From positions 118-64,117 of the forward strand of contig CABYTF010000005.1 of the NCBI GenBank assembly GCA_902521725.1: a DNA stretch of 64,000 bases, written 5' to 3'. The stretch is from an uncultured Gammaproteobacteria bacterium (GTDB lineage Bacteria; Pseudomonadota; Gammaproteobacteria; GCA-002705445; GCA-002716945). This document shows, in pieces, positions 41,135-52,669 of this stretch. The notes beneath the pieces were generated by a model. It did no database searches. It was given only the letters and a program-made list of their open reading frames with translations, and was not told where the DNA came from. Position 1 is the first letter of the stretch, and each line of letters opens with the position of its first letter. The translations under genes were made by a program, and so were the position numbers.

Positions 41135-41805
41135 TATTTACTTTTCTGCTGTTGTTTTTTTGTCTCTTCATTAATTTCGTCTTCGGAATATATCCAGACT
41201 TTAACGCCTATAATTCCATAAGTTGTTAATGCCTCCGCAAAACCATAATCAATGGCTGCATCAAGTGTGTGAAGTGGAACTCTTCCTTCTCTATACCATT
41301 CACTTCTTGCTATTTCAGCTCCATTTAATCTTCCGGCTACATTTACCTTTATTCCAAGGGCTCCCAATCTCATGGTGTTTGTGACTGCCCTTTTCATTGC
41401 CCTTCTATACATTATTCTTCTCTCAAGCTGTTGTGTTATGCCCTCTGCAACAAGCTGCGCATCAAGTTCAGGTTTTTTGATCTCCTTTACGTTTACTTTG
41501 ACTGTCGCTTTATCAGCGTTCAATATAGAGGCAATTTTATTTCGGAACTTTTCGATGTCCTCGCCTTTTTTACCAATTACGATACCAGGTCGTGATGTGT
41601 AAATATTTACGACAGCCTCTTTAGTTGGTCTTTCTATTACAATTTTACTGACAGAGGCGTTTTCCAGCTGTTTCTTCAAATATTCTCGAATGCGGTAATC
41701 TTCAAGAAGGTAACTTGAGTAGTCTTTACTCCTAGCATACCATTTGGAGGAGTACTCTGTAGAAATACCTAGTCTAAATCCTGTTGGATGTACTTTTTGT
41801 CCCAT
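41134..41805 (-). CDS. rpsC: 30S ribosomal protein S3
   Basis: MGQKVHP, GRVPLHT, GVKVWI. Confidence 0.98.
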   Translation of the reverse strand: MGQKVHPTGFRLGISTEYSSKWYARSKDYSSYLLEDYRIREYLKKQLENASVSKIVIERPTKEAVVNIYTSRPGIVIGKKGEDIEKFRNKIASILNADKATVKVNVKEIKKPELDAQLVAEGITQQLERRIMYRRAMKRAVTNTMRLGALGIKVNVAGRLNGAEIARSEWYREGRVPLHTLDAAIDYGFAEALTTYGIIGVKVWIYSEDEINEETKKQQQKSK

Positions 41806-42152
41806 TACTTATTCTCTTCCTGTCTATCACTTACAACTATAGTGATATGACTTGTTCTTTTAATTATTTGGTTTACTCTTCCTCTAGCCCTAGGTCTATG
41901 CCTTTTGCCGTAGGGACCTTCATCAACCAAAACATTTTTTACAATTAATTCATCTAAATCGCTGGAATTGTTGTGCTCAGCGTTAGCGACCGCTGATTCT
42001 AATACTTTTAAGATTAATTGTGAAGCCTTCTTATTGCTGTAATTTAAAAATTCAAAAGCTTTATTCACAGGTAGCCCCCTAACTTCATTAGCAACAAGTC
42101 TGCATTTTTGTGCGGATATTTTTTGATATTTTAAAACTGCTTGTGTATTCAT
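41805..42152 (-). CDS. rplV: 50S ribosomal protein L22
   Basis: [15 protein letters not shown]. Confidence 0.97.
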   Translation of the reverse strand: MNTQAVLKYQKISAQKCRLVANEVRGLPVNKAFEFLNYSNKKASQLILKVLESAVANAEHNNSSDLDELIVKNVLVDEGPYGKRHRPRARGRVNQIIKRTSHITIVVSDRQEENK

Positions 42153-42155
42153 AAA

Positions 42156-42431
42156 TTATCCTTTAGCCTTTCTATCCCCAGAATGTCCCTTAAATACTCT
42201 TGTAGGAGAAAATTCGCCGAGCTTATGTCCTATCATATTCTCAGTCACATATACTGGGACATGCTGCTTACCATTATGGACAGCAATAGTTAAACCAATC
42301 ATATCTGGAGATATCACAGATCTCCTAGACCATGTTTTTATGGGTTTTTTATCATTTTCCTTGAGGGCTTTATCCACTTTTGCCTGTAAATGGTGGTCAA
42401 TGAACGGTCCCTTTTTTAGTGATCTAGCCAT
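42156..42431 (-). CDS. rpsS: 30S ribosomal protein S19
   Basis: [15 protein letters not shown]. Confidence 0.98.
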   Translation of the reverse strand: MARSLKKGPFIDHHLQAKVDKALKENDKKPIKTWSRRSVISPDMIGLTIAVHNGKQHVPVYVTENMIGHKLGEFSPTRVFKGHSGDRKAKG

Positions 42432-42433
42432 AT

Positions 42434-43270
42434 CTACTTTCTACTCTTGTTAGTTCTTCTTCTGACAATTAGCTTATCAGTTCTTTTATTTGATCTAGTT
42501 TTAAAACCCTTAGTTGGTGTTCCCCATGGAGATACAGGATCTCTTCCGCCTGATGTTTTGCCTTCTCCCCCACCATGTGGGTGATCTATAGGATTCATTG
42601 CAACACCTCGTACCGTTGGTCTTATTCCAAGCCATCTTTTTGCGCCAGCTTTTCCATGCTTTTGAAGATTAAACTCACTATTTCCAACCTCGCCAATAGT
42701 AGCTCTGCATGTTTTGAATATTTTTCTTGTTTCGCCAGATTTTAATCTCAGCGTTGCGTAATCTCCCTCCATTGCAACTATTTGTGCCACTGTGCCTGCA
42801 CTCCTTGCTATCTGGGCACCTTTGCCAGGTTTCATCTCAATACAATGAACCTGCGTTCCTACAGGAATGTTGATCAAAGGGAGTGTATTACCAATATTAA
42901 TCGATGACTTTTCACCCGACATGAGTTTATCGCCAGATTTGAGATTTTTTGGGGCTATAATGTATCTTCTCTCACCGTCGGCGTAGAGAAGAAGAGCTAT
43001 ATTTGCATTCCTGTTAGGATCATACTCAAGTCTTTCGACTGTTGCAGGAATATTATCCTTGTTTCTTTTAAAGTCTATTATCCTGTATCTTTTTTTATGT
43101 CCACCACCGATGTGTCTGGTGGTTATCCTTCCTTGATTATTTCTGCCACCACTTTTATTGAGCTTTGTTAGTAAGGGTTCATGAGGCTGTCCTTTATATA
43201 GCTCAGAATTTGATACTTTTACCCTGAAACGTCTACCAGGTGAAGTTGGTCTTGATTTTACGATTGTCAT
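42434..43270 (-). CDS. rplB: 50S ribosomal protein L2
   Basis: [15 protein letters not shown]. Confidence 0.98.
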   Translation of the reverse strand: MTIVKSRPTSPGRRFRVKVSNSELYKGQPHEPLLTKLNKSGGRNNQGRITTRHIGGGHKKRYRIIDFKRNKDNIPATVERLEYDPNRNANIALLLYADGERRYIIAPKNLKSGDKLMSGEKSSINIGNTLPLINIPVGTQVHCIEMKPGKGAQIARSAGTVAQIVAMEGDYATLRLKSGETRKIFKTCRATIGEVGNSEFNLQKHGKAGAKRWLGIRPTVRGVAMNPIDHPHGGGEGKTSGGRDPVSPWGTPTKGFKTRSNKRTDKLIVRRRTNKSRK

Positions 43271-43572
43271 TTACTCACCTCTTCCTCACCATAATTGATG
43301 TCAAAACCTTGCTCTAGTCTGACATAGGCTTTTTTCCAATCTTTTCTCTTACCAAATGTACGTCCAATTCTTGTAAGTTTCCCTTGCATGTTAATCACCT
43401 TAACGCTTTTAACTTTTACATCGAACATCAATTCAACTGCTTTTTTAATTTCAGGCTTTGTAGCATTTTTCAACACAGAGAAGACATGCTGATTTTCTAG
43501 GTCTGCACGTGTAGTAGCTTTTTCTGATACACGTGGGGCTACAATTATACTAGCTAATCTCTCTGTATTCAT
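43267..43572 (-). CDS. rplW: 50S ribosomal protein L23
   Basis: [12 protein letters not shown]. Confidence 0.97.
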   Translation of the reverse strand: MNTERLASIIVAPRVSEKATTRADLENQHVFSVLKNATKPEIKKAVELMFDVKVKSVKVINMQGKLTRIGRTFGKRKDWKKAYVRLEQGFDINYGEEEVSK

Positions 43573-44147
43573 AACATTGTTGCCTGCTTAATTTGTTCAA
43601 GTACGTTAGAATCAATGACGACATTGTCATGTTTCATTAGAATGTAAGGATTAATTTCTTTGTGATCAATTACAGTAATATTTTTTATATTTCTAAGAGA
43701 GAAAAAAGCATTTGGGTTATCAATAGACGTGATAAATAGAGCATTGATAATTTTAAGATCACTAAGTAGTTTTTGTCCTAATTTTGTTTTTTTGTCTGTG
43801 AAAGATAACTTATCAGTTAAATGTAGCCTTTTTCTTTTAAGAAGTTCTTTAAAAATACAGTTAAGTGCGCCTCTGTACATTTTCTTATTGATTTTTTTGT
43901 TGTAGGATTTTGGTTTAGCTGCAAATGTGACTCCACCAGTCCTCCAAATTGGGCTTCTTGTTGTACCAGCTCTAGCTCTACCTGAACCTTTTTGAGGACG
44001 GGGCTTGGCGCCACCACCGCTGACTGCCGATCTATTTTTTTGTGATTTGGTTCCGCTTCTCTGATTAGATAAAAAGTCTGTTGTGACTTGATGAACAAGT
44101 GCTTCATTAAAGTCTTTTGTAAATAATTTTGAGAGTTCTTTACTCAT
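43569..44147 (-). CDS. rplD: 50S ribosomal protein L4
   Basis: FNEALVHQ, QKGSGRARAG. Confidence 0.97.
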   Translation of the reverse strand: MSKELSKLFTKDFNEALVHQVTTDFLSNQRSGTKSQKNRSAVSGGGAKPRPQKGSGRARAGTTRSPIWRTGGVTFAAKPKSYNKKINKKMYRGALNCIFKELLKRKRLHLTDKLSFTDKKTKLGQKLLSDLKIINALFITSIDNPNAFFSLRNIKNITVIDHKEINPYILMKHDNVVIDSNVLEQIKQATML

Positions 44148-44949
44148 TTTTACTCTTCTCTTTATTTTCGTTTGATGAATCTGCTTCAGTAGCTGATGAG
44201 CTATCCTCTATATTCTTATCTGTACTAGCACTTGTATCTAGTGTCTCAATGGACTCATCAGGATTTTCTTTCACTTCCGCAGTTCCCTTTTCAGAGAAAA
44301 TCTCTTTGGCAGTGTATTTTTTTTCTGTTGGCTTTATTATCACAACACTACCCTTATGTCCTGGGATAGATCCCTTTACGAGCATGATATTTTCATCAGG
44401 AATGATTTTTACAATTATAAGATTTTGAATAGTTCTGTTTACATTACCTAAATGACCAGGCATTTTTTTGCCCTTAAATACTCTTCCAGGGTCTTGACAC
44501 TGCCCTGTAGAACCAAGGGCTCTATGAGAAATCGAATTACCGTGAGTGGCATCTTGGGTTTTAAAATGATGTCTTTTTACTCCGCCTTGAAAACCCTTTC
44601 CTAGCGTTCTGCCTGTAATATCCACATGTTCGCCCGCCTTAAATGTATCAATCTTAATATCAGATCCAACAGAAAGTTTCTCCTCTAATGTTCTAACTCT
44701 AAACTCAACCTGACCTTTTGCTGGGCTAATATTGGATTTTTTGTAGTGACCAAGAATTGCCTTATTCAACCTGCTCTCTTTTTGGTTTCCATATGCAATT
44801 TGAACAGCAGAGTAACCATCTCTATCAACAGTCTTGATTTGAGAAACTCTGTTTGTATCAATGTTAATGACTGTAACAGGGATTGATGTGCCTGATTCAT
44901 CAAAAACACGTGTCATGCCAGTCTTAATGCCCACAAGGCCTATGCTCAT
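44140..44949 (-). CDS. rplC: 50S ribosomal protein L3 with an acidic C-terminal extension
   Basis: GMTRVF, GKGFQG, PGRVFKGKKMPG. Confidence 0.97.
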   Translation of the reverse strand: MSIGLVGIKTGMTRVFDESGTSIPVTVINIDTNRVSQIKTVDRDGYSAVQIAYGNQKESRLNKAILGHYKKSNISPAKGQVEFRVRTLEEKLSVGSDIKIDTFKAGEHVDITGRTLGKGFQGGVKRHHFKTQDATHGNSISHRALGSTGQCQDPGRVFKGKKMPGHLGNVNRTIQNLIIVKIIPDENIMLVKGSIPGHKGSVVIIKPTEKKYTAKEIFSEKGTAEVKENPDESIETLDTSASTDKNIEDSSSATEADSSNENKEKSKNE

Positions 44950-45005
44950 TTTCTTGTCCTCAAAATGAAAAAGTTAGTTAATTCAGTATTAATTTAAGGT
45001 GCTGA

Positions 45006-45014
45006 ATCTTAACA
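45006..45014 (-). promoter_or_regulatory. Putative extended -10 promoter for rplC
   Basis: TGTTAAGAT in the 134-nt rpsJ-rplC spacer; the same 9-mer lies upstream of tRNA-Tyr. Confidence 0.45.
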
Positions 45015-45083
45015 TAAAATTCGTAAATGTTACACTTTTTTAGGGTTTTTTGATTGGATTCAGGACTCTATGTGGATGGCGTA

Positions 45084-45413
45084 TTAACTGAGTTCTATTT
45101 GAACATCTACACCTGCTGCAAGGTCTAATTTCATAAGAGCATCAACCGTTTTATCCGTTGGCTCTATTATATCCATTAATCTCTTGTGGGTACGAATTTC
45201 ATACTGGTCACGTGCATCCTTGTCAACGTGCGGAGAGATTAATACAGTAAATCTCTCTTTTTTGGTAGGAAGTGGAATTGGTCCAATTACTCTTGCACCC
45301 GTTCTTTTAGCTGTCTCTAATATTTCTTTTGATGAAGCATCAATGAGCTTGTGATCAAAAGTTTTTAGGCGGATCCTGATATTTTGGGTATTTTTCTTCT
45401 TTTTAGCTACCAC
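45084..45413 (-). CDS. rpsJ: 30S ribosomal protein S10
   Basis: [21 protein letters not shown]. Confidence 0.98.
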   Translation of the reverse strand: MVAKKKKNTQNIRIRLKTFDHKLIDASSKEILETAKRTGARVIGPIPLPTKKERFTVLISPHVDKDARDQYEIRTHKRLMDIIEPTDKTVDALMKLDLAAGVDVQIELS

Positions 45414-45414
45414 T

Positions 45415-47514
45415 TTAAGACGCCTTCTCGATTAGTTCTTCTGCTATGTTTGATGGTATCTCTGCATACTTTTCAAACTCCATCGTATATGTTGCTCTTC
45501 CTTGAGTCATTGATCTTAAGTCTGTAGCATATCCAAACATTTCTGAAAGCGGGACCTCAGCTTTTATTATATTCCCCACAACAGTCTCTTCCATGCCTTG
45601 AATAATCCCTCTTCTTCGATTCAAGTCACCAGTTACATCACCTAGATAATCCCCAGGGGTAACTGCCTCAACCTTCATTACAGGTTCAAGTAAAACAGGA
45701 TTTGCTTTTTTTGCTCCTTCTTTAAAAGCTTGAGACCCAGCCACTTTAAATGCCACCTCACTAGAGTCAACATCATGGAAAGAACCATCGTAGAGTGTTA
45801 CCTTGACATCCACAACTGGGTAACCACCAATAACGCCATTTTCCATTTGCTCAATAACGCCCTTGTCGACCGGACCAATAAATTCTTTTGGAATTGCACC
45901 ACCTACTATTTCGTTTACAAATTCATAACCTTTTCCTGCCTCTTGAGGTTCTATTTTTAACCAAACATGACCGTATTGACCTTTACCGCCACTCTGCTTG
46001 ACATATTTAGCTTCTTGCTCGATTGATTTTCTAATTGTTTCTCTGTAAGCAACTTGTGGCTTTCCAATTGTAGCCTCGACATTAAATTCCCTCTTCATTC
46101 TATCGACAATAATGTCTAAGTGAAGCTCGCCCATACCTGAGATTATTGTCTGATTAGATTCCTCATCTGTAGTCACGCGAAAAGATGGGTCTTCTTGTGC
46201 TAATTTTCCCAATGCTAAACCCATTTTTTCTTGATCATCTTTAGTTTTTGGCTCAACGGCAATTGAAATTACTGGTTCAGGAAATTCCATTCTTTCAAGA
46301 GTAATTACAGAAGATGGGTCGCACAGCGTGTCACCAGTTGTAACTTGTTTGAGACCTACAGCTGCAGCTATATCACCTGCCCTTACTTCTTTAATTTCCT
46401 CCCTGGAATTTGAGTGCATTTGAAGTATTCTTCCTATTCGTTCTTTTTTCTGTGTAACTGCATTGTATACAGTATCCCCTGCTTTTAAGACGCCAGAGTA
46501 CACCCGGAAGAATGCAAGTGTGCCTACAAATGGGTCTGTTGCTATTTTAAATGCCAGTGAAGCGAATGGTTCGTCGTCTGAAGACTTCCTCTCGCCTTCT
46601 GTGTTGTCCTTGTCATCATTGATACCTTTAATAGCAGGTACATCTAATGGAGATGGCATAAAATCTATGACAGAATCTAACATAGCTTGGACGCCTTTAT
46701 TTTTAAACGCAGTACCACATGAAACAAGAACGATTTCGTTAGATAAAGTTTGAAGCCTCAAGCCTTCTATTATCTGCTCTCTGGTTAGTTCGCCGTTATT
46801 CAAATACGCATCCATTAAGTCCTCATTTGCTTCTGCGGCTGTTTCAACTAATTGTTCATGTAGCTCATTTGATTTGGCTGTTAGCTCGTCCGGTATCTCG
46901 ACCTCCTCAAATTTCATTCCTTTAGATTCCTCGTCCCATATAATAGCTTTCATGTCGATAAGATTAACTACACCTTTGAAATTGTCTTCAGCTCCTATCG
47001 GGACTTGAAGGGGAACTGGCTTTGATCCCAGTCGAGTTTTAATCTGATCAACAACTCTGAAAAAATCAGCTCCTGCTCTATCCATTTTATTAACGAATGC
47101 CATTCTTGGCACACTGTATTTATTTGCTTGTCTCCATACAGTCTCAGACTGTGGTTCTACTCCCCCAACTGCACAAAAAACAGCAACGGCGCCATCAAGA
47201 ACTCTGAGTGATCTCTCAACTTCGATTGTAAAGTCAACGTGTCCAGGTGTATCGATGATATTTATCCGATGCTCATCATACTGCCCTGTACTTCCGCTCC
47301 AAAAACATGTAGTGGCAGCAGATGTGATCGTTATGCCTCTCTCTTGCTCCTGCTCCATCCAGTCCATGGTCGCTGCGCCATCATGCACTTCACCTATTTT
47401 GTGAGATACACCTGTGTAATAGAGAATTCTCTCTGTAGTGGTAGTCTTGCCGGCATCAATGTGTGCCATGATTCCTATATTTCTGTAGTGCGTCAAATCT
47501 GTTGTTCTAGCCAT
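45415..47514 (-). CDS. fusA: Elongation factor G
   Basis: [23 protein letters not shown]. Confidence 0.98.
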   Translation of the reverse strand: MARTTDLTHYRNIGIMAHIDAGKTTTTERILYYTGVSHKIGEVHDGAATMDWMEQEQERGITITSAATTCFWSGSTGQYDEHRINIIDTPGHVDFTIEVERSLRVLDGAVAVFCAVGGVEPQSETVWRQANKYSVPRMAFVNKMDRAGADFFRVVDQIKTRLGSKPVPLQVPIGAEDNFKGVVNLIDMKAIIWDEESKGMKFEEVEIPDELTAKSNELHEQLVETAAEANEDLMDAYLNNGELTREQIIEGLRLQTLSNEIVLVSCGTAFKNKGVQAMLDSVIDFMPSPLDVPAIKGINDDKDNTEGERKSSDDEPFASLAFKIATDPFVGTLAFFRVYSGVLKAGDTVYNAVTQKKERIGRILQMHSNSREEIKEVRAGDIAAAVGLKQVTTGDTLCDPSSVITLERMEFPEPVISIAVEPKTKDDQEKMGLALGKLAQEDPSFRVTTDEESNQTIISGMGELHLDIIVDRMKREFNVEATIGKPQVAYRETIRKSIEQEAKYVKQSGGKGQYGHVWLKIEPQEAGKGYEFVNEIVGGAIPKEFIGPVDKGVIEQMENGVIGGYPVVDVKVTLYDGSFHDVDSSEVAFKVAGSQAFKEGAKKANPVLLEPVMKVEAVTPGDYLGDVTGDLNRRRGIIQGMEETVVGNIIKAEVPLSEMFGYATDLRSMTQGRATYTMEFEKYAEIPSNIAEELIEKAS

Positions 47515-47517
47515 GAA

Positions 47518-47988
47518 TTACCACCTGTAGTGTGCAAATGCCTTATTTGCTTCAGCCATTTTGTGAGTATCCTCGCGTTTTTTTACAGCCGAGCCTCTGT
47601 TATCTATGGCATCAGTGATTTCAGATGCAAGTTTTTCCTTCATGGACTTCTCACTTCTTTTACTCGCTGCCTCGATGATCCATTTCATTGCCAGAGATAT
47701 CTTTCTCTTTGAGTTTACTTCGATAGGCACTTGGTAGTTTGAACCGCCCACTCTTCTTGATTTGACTTCAACCGTAGGTCCGACATTTTGGAGTGCTTTC
47801 TCAAGAACTGTTAGTGGCTCCTCCTTAGTTTTTTTTGACGAAATGAATAAAGCCTCATATACGATTTTCTCCGCAGTTCTTTTTTTCCCGTCCTGCATTA
47901 TCATATTCGTTAGGCGTGTGACGTTAGTACTTTTGTAAATAGGATCAGGAGTGATTTTCTTTTTAGGAATGTCTCTTTTTCTGGGCAT
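47518..47988 (-). CDS. rpsG: 30S ribosomal protein S7
   Basis: [22 protein letters not shown]. Confidence 0.98.
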   Translation of the reverse strand: MPRKRDIPKKKITPDPIYKSTNVTRLTNMIMQDGKKRTAEKIVYEALFISSKKTKEEPLTVLEKALQNVGPTVEVKSRRVGGSNYQVPIEVNSKRKISLAMKWIIEAASKRSEKSMKEKLASEITDAIDNRGSAVKKREDTHKMAEANKAFAHYRW

Positions 47989-47991
47989 ATC

Positions 47992-48366
47992 TTAACTCTT
48001 CGGTCTCTTCGTACCGTACTTTGATCTACCTTGTTTTCTATTTTCTACACCTTGTGTGTCTAGACTGCCTCTAACGATGTGATACCGAACTCCTGGAAGA
48101 TCTTTCACTCTACCACCTCTTATAACTACTACAGAATGCTCTTGAAGGTTATGGCCTTCTCCGCCTATGTATGAGGTGACCTCTTGCCCATTGGTCAACC
48201 TTACCCTTGCAACCTTTCTGAGTGCCGAATTAGGCTTTTTGGGTGTTGTAGTGTAGACACGTGTACACACACCTCTTCGCTGTGGACAAGATTCCAAGGC
48301 AGGTACATCAGATTTTGAAATCTTGGATTTCCTTGGGTTTCTAACAAGTTGATTGATTGTAGCCAT
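47992..48366 (-). CDS. rpsL: 30S ribosomal protein S12
   Basis: [20 protein letters not shown]. Confidence 0.99.
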   Translation of the reverse strand: MATINQLVRNPRKSKISKSDVPALESCPQRRGVCTRVYTTTPKKPNSALRKVARVRLTNGQEVTSYIGGEGHNLQEHSVVVIRGGRVKDLPGVRYHIVRGSLDTQGVENRKQGRSKYGTKRPKS

Positions 48367-48389
48367 ATAATTCCTAATAAGTATGCGAA

Positions 48390-48418
48390 ATTCTATTGGT
48401 ACAGCATGTATGTGTCAA
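48390..48418 (-). promoter_or_regulatory. str operon sigma70 promoter
   Basis: TTGACA-17 nt-TAGAAT. Confidence 0.8.
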
Positions 48419-48452
48419 GAAATGTTTAATATTATATGAAAAAAACATAATA

Positions 48453-51400
48453 TTAATCTTTAAATAAATCTTCAGCGGAAGTTTCTGCAGACTTCTCTGG
48501 AATTACGTTTATTTCACTCGCTATTTCTTTTTCAAGCATTTCCTCAAAAGATTCACTTTCCTCTGTCTGAGCAGATAAGCCTGTGCCACATGGAAGTAAT
48601 CTACCAACTACCACATTTTCCTTTAAGCCTCGCAATTTATCTTTTCTCCCGTTAACAGCAGCATCAGTTAAAACACGGGTTGTCTCCTGAAATGATGCTG
48701 CTGAGATAAATGATTCTGTGACTAATGATGCTTTAGTGATTCCTAACAACATTGGTTTGTAAGTTGGCAAGACTGCTTCAGGATTCTTTGATTTAAGAGA
48801 ATCAATTTTCTCAAGAAGCTGTGTTTTTTCCATCTGTTCACCAGACATTAGTGAAGTATCACCCGCAGTTAGTATTTCTACCTTTCTCAACATTTGACGA
48901 AGTATAACCTCAATGTGTTTATCGTTAATCGCAACACCTTGAAGCCTATAAACGTCTTGCACTTCTTTTACTAAATGCTCTGCAAGATCTGTTATTCCTC
49001 TATAAGCCAGAATGTCATGTGGATCAAGTTCGCCATCGGAAATAATCTCACCTTGAGTGACGCTTGCGCCTTCAAACACATTAAGCAGTTTGGTCTTATT
49101 GAGCATTTGAACATGTTCGTTGCCCTCTTTATCAGTAATAATTAATCGGCGTTTACCTTTTGTTTCCTTTCCAAATGAGACAACACCTGTTTCTACTGCG
49201 AGCTCGGCTTTGTCTTTGGGTTCTCTGGCTTCAAATAAGTCAGCGACCCTTGGTAAACCACCCGTAATATCCCTTGTTCCAGATGTCTCACGCGGTGTTC
49301 GCGCAATTACATCTCCAACACCTACTTTACTGCCAGATGTCAAATTAACTGTGGAGTTAGATGGCAAATGATAATGCGCTGGCAGATTTGAATTGACCAG
49401 TGTTAACTCTTTACCTTTAGTGTCGACCAGCTTGATCATTGGTTTTCTGTTTTTATCAAATGATGCGCTAGAAGTGTCTTTAACTTTAATAGAAGTGATC
49501 CCAGTTAACTCATCAACAATATTTTCTATGCTTATACCATCTTCAAAATCCTCAAACTCAATGATACCTGCTGTTTCCGTGATGATTGGTGTAGAATGGG
49601 GATCCCATGTCACGATATTCTGACCTCTGTCTACCTTTTCACCATCAACTGTTTTTATTACTGCCCCATAAGGAATTTTATATCTCTCTTTTTCCCTGCC
49701 ACTATCATCTAGAATGCCTAGTTCACCAGATCTGGATACAGTAATTATTTCTTTTTGACTATTAACAACAGTTTTCAGATTATGGTATCTAATTGTTCCC
49801 GAATTTTTTACTTCAATGCTATTTGCAGCAACAGCTCGTGATGCTGCACCGCCAATATGGAATGTTCTCATGGTTAATTGAGTACCAGGTTCACCAATAG
49901 ATTGTGCTGCAACCACTCCAACTGCTTCTCCAATACTTACTTGTCGACCTTTGGCTAAATCTCTTCCATAACACTTTGCGCATACTCCATGTCTTATATC
50001 GCAGGTAATTACCGATCTTACCCAGACTTCATCTATGGCATTTTGCTCTAAAAGAGAAACGTTGTTCTCATCAAGCAATGTGTCCTTTGGAAGTATTACA
50101 GAATTTGTTTTTGGGTCGACAAGATCATGTAATAAGGTCCTTCCTAATACTCTCTCATTAAGAGGTTCAACAATATCTCCTCCTTCTATTAGCGGTTTCA
50201 TCAATATGCCATTTTCTGTACCACAATCCTCTTCAGTCACAACTAAATCCTGAGAAACGTCAACTAAACGCCTTGTGAGGTACCCTGAGTTAGCAGTTTT
50301 AAGGGCAGTGTCTGCGAGCCCTTTCCGTGCGCCGTGAGTAGATATGAAATACTGCATGACATCTAAGCCTTCTCTGAAATTAGCTGTAATTGGTGTCTCA
50401 ATGATAGATCCATCAGGTTTTGCCATAAGTCCTCGCATTCCTGATAGTTGTCTTATTTGCGCTGCGGAGCCTCTTGCTCCAGAATCTGCCATCATGTAAA
50501 TGGAATTGAAAGATTTGTGCTCGACTTTCTTTCCATCAGATGTCTTCGTAACTTCAGTTCCGAGTTGCTTCATCATAGCTTGAGATACTTGGTCATTTGT
50601 ATGTGACCAGATATCAACAACTTTGTTGTAGCGTTCACCAGCAGTCAGTAATCCTGAATTGTATTGTTTTTCAATGTCTTTAACTTCCTTCTCCGCTTTA
50701 GCAGTAATGGTTGTTTTCTCTTTAGGTATTACCATATCATCCACGCCAATTGATACGCCTGCTAAAGTAGAATATTTGAAGCCCATGTTTTTGATTTGAT
50801 CTGCAAAAAGCACAGTCTCTTTTAGGCCAGCTAGTCTATAGGCTACGTCAAATAATTTCGAGATAGCTTTTTTGTTTAGGTCTTGATCAATAAATGAATA
50901 TGGAATAGGTTTAGGAAGTATCTCAGAGATAAGTGCTCTACCAGTCGTCGTGTCAACAATTTTTGTTTTTTCAACTAGCTGATCTCCTTCATGTTCAGTG
51001 ATATTCATTCTAACTCTAATCTTTGCATGCATGTCTATAAGTTTGGATTGATAAGCTTTAGAGACCTCTTCTATATCACTAAAAATCATCCCCTCGCCTT
51101 TACAATTTGGTTTCTCTCTTGACATATAGTAGATGCCAAGAACCATATCTTGAGATGGGACTATGATAGGACTACCGTTTGATGGTGAGAGAATATTGTT
51201 GGTTGCCATCATTAATACCCTTGCCTCCGTTTGAGCCTCCACGGACAACGGAACATGGACAGCCATCTGATCACCATCAAAGTCTGCGTTGAAAGCAGCG
51301 CACACGAGTGGATGAAGTTGAATGGCTTTGCCTTCAATCAACACAGGTTCGAACGCTTGTATACCTAATCGGTGTAATGTAGGTGCTCTGTTTAGCAGAA

Positions 51401-52661
51401 CAGGATATTCTTTAATTATATCCTCTAAAATATCCCAAACTTCTTCACCCTCTTTTTCTACAACTTTTTTTGCCGATTTGATTGTAGTGGTAATACCTCT
51501 TGTTTGAAGCTTTCCAAAGATATGTGGTTTGAATAGTTCTAGAGCCATTTTTTTTGGAATACCACATTGGTGTAATCGGAGTGTTGGTCCGACAACAATT
51601 ACAGATCTACCTGAGTAATCAACCCTTTTGCCCAAGAGATTCTGTCTAAATCTTCCACCTTTACCCTTTATCATGTCAGCGAGAGACTTTAGAGGTCTTT
51701 TATTTGTTCCAGTGATTGCTCTGCCTCTTCTGCCATTATCCAGAAGAGCATCCACTGACTCTTGTAACATTCTTTTTTCATTTCTAACAATGATATCTGG
51801 TGCTTTAAGCTCAAGAAGTCTTTTAAGCCTATTGTTTCTATTGATCACCCTCCTATAGAGATCATTAAGATCTGAAGTAGCAAAGCGACCTCCCTCAAGA
51901 GGGACAAGCGGTCTAAGATCTGGTGGAAGGATCGGAAGCACATCTAGAATCATCCACTCTGGTTTATTGCCAGAATTGATAAATGATTCAATCAGCTTGA
52001 GACGTTTGATGTTTCTTTTATTTTTTGCTTGCGATTTTGTAACCTTAATCTCCTCAGATAGATCTTCATATGCCTTCTCCAAATCGATACTCTGAAGAAG
52101 CTCTTTAATCGCCTCGGCGCCCATACCTACCTTTATTTCATTTCCATATTCTTCGATTGCTTGATTGTACATTTCTTCATTCAATAGAGTGCCTGTCTCA
52201 TAAGGAGTCAAACCACCATCTATGACAATAAATGCCTCAAAATATAATACTTTCTCAATTTGTCTCAAAGTCATATCCATCATTAAACCTATCCTTGATG
52301 GTAAGGACCTGAGAAACCAAATGTGTGCCACAGGTGCAGCTAATTCGATATGACCCATCCTCTCTCTTCTAACTTTAGACAAAGTAACTTCAACTCCGCA
52401 CTTCTCACATACAACACCTCTGTGCTTGAGGCGTTTGTATTTTCCACACAAACATTCGTAATCTTTGACTGGGCCAAAAATCTTAGCACAAAATAGACCG
52501 TCTCTCTCGGGTTTAAATGTCCTATAGTTAATTGTCTCAGGCTTTTTAACTTCGCCGTATGACCATGACCTCATTTGATCAGGTGACGCAAGTGATATTT
52601 TTATATGATCAAATTTTTTATCATTAGTATTTTTTTTAAACATGTTTAATATTTCTTGCAT
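48453..52661 (-). CDS. rpoC: RNA polymerase beta' subunit
   Basis: NADFDGD catalytic motif, N-terminal Zn ribbon. Confidence 0.99.
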   Translation of the reverse strand: MQEILNMFKKNTNDKKFDHIKISLASPDQMRSWSYGEVKKPETINYRTFKPERDGLFCAKIFGPVKDYECLCGKYKRLKHRGVVCEKCGVEVTLSKVRRERMGHIELAAPVAHIWFLRSLPSRIGLMMDMTLRQIEKVLYFEAFIVIDGGLTPYETGTLLNEEMYNQAIEEYGNEIKVGMGAEAIKELLQSIDLEKAYEDLSEEIKVTKSQAKNKRNIKRLKLIESFINSGNKPEWMILDVLPILPPDLRPLVPLEGGRFATSDLNDLYRRVINRNNRLKRLLELKAPDIIVRNEKRMLQESVDALLDNGRRGRAITGTNKRPLKSLADMIKGKGGRFRQNLLGKRVDYSGRSVIVVGPTLRLHQCGIPKKMALELFKPHIFGKLQTRGITTTIKSAKKVVEKEGEEVWDILEDIIKEYPVLLNRAPTLHRLGIQAFEPVLIEGKAIQLHPLVCAAFNADFDGDQMAVHVPLSVEAQTEARVLMMATNNILSPSNGSPIIVPSQDMVLGIYYMSREKPNCKGEGMIFSDIEEVSKAYQSKLIDMHAKIRVRMNITEHEGDQLVEKTKIVDTTTGRALISEILPKPIPYSFIDQDLNKKAISKLFDVAYRLAGLKETVLFADQIKNMGFKYSTLAGVSIGVDDMVIPKEKTTITAKAEKEVKDIEKQYNSGLLTAGERYNKVVDIWSHTNDQVSQAMMKQLGTEVTKTSDGKKVEHKSFNSIYMMADSGARGSAAQIRQLSGMRGLMAKPDGSIIETPITANFREGLDVMQYFISTHGARKGLADTALKTANSGYLTRRLVDVSQDLVVTEEDCGTENGILMKPLIEGGDIVEPLNERVLGRTLLHDLVDPKTNSVILPKDTLLDENNVSLLEQNAIDEVWVRSVITCDIRHGVCAKCYGRDLAKGRQVSIGEAVGVVAAQSIGEPGTQLTMRTFHIGGAASRAVAANSIEVKNSGTIRYHNLKTVVNSQKEIITVSRSGELGILDDSGREKERYKIPYGAVIKTVDGEKVDRGQNIVTWDPHSTPIITETAGIIEFEDFEDGISIENIVDELTGITSIKVKDTSSASFDKNRKPMIKLVDTKGKELTLVNSNLPAHYHLPSNSTVNLTSGSKVGVGDVIARTPRETSGTRDITGGLPRVADLFEAREPKDKAELAVETGVVSFGKETKGKRRLIITDKEGNEHVQMLNKTKLLNVFEGASVTQGEIISDGELDPHDILAYRGITDLAEHLVKEVQDVYRLQGVAINDKHIEVILRQMLRKVEILTAGDTSLMSGEQMEKTQLLEKIDSLKSKNPEAVLPTYKPMLLGITKASLVTESFISAASFQETTRVLTDAAVNGRKDKLRGLKENVVVGRLLPCGTGLSAQTEESESFEEMLEKEIASEINVIPEKSAETSAEDLFKD

Positions 52662-52669
52662 AATGTTCC

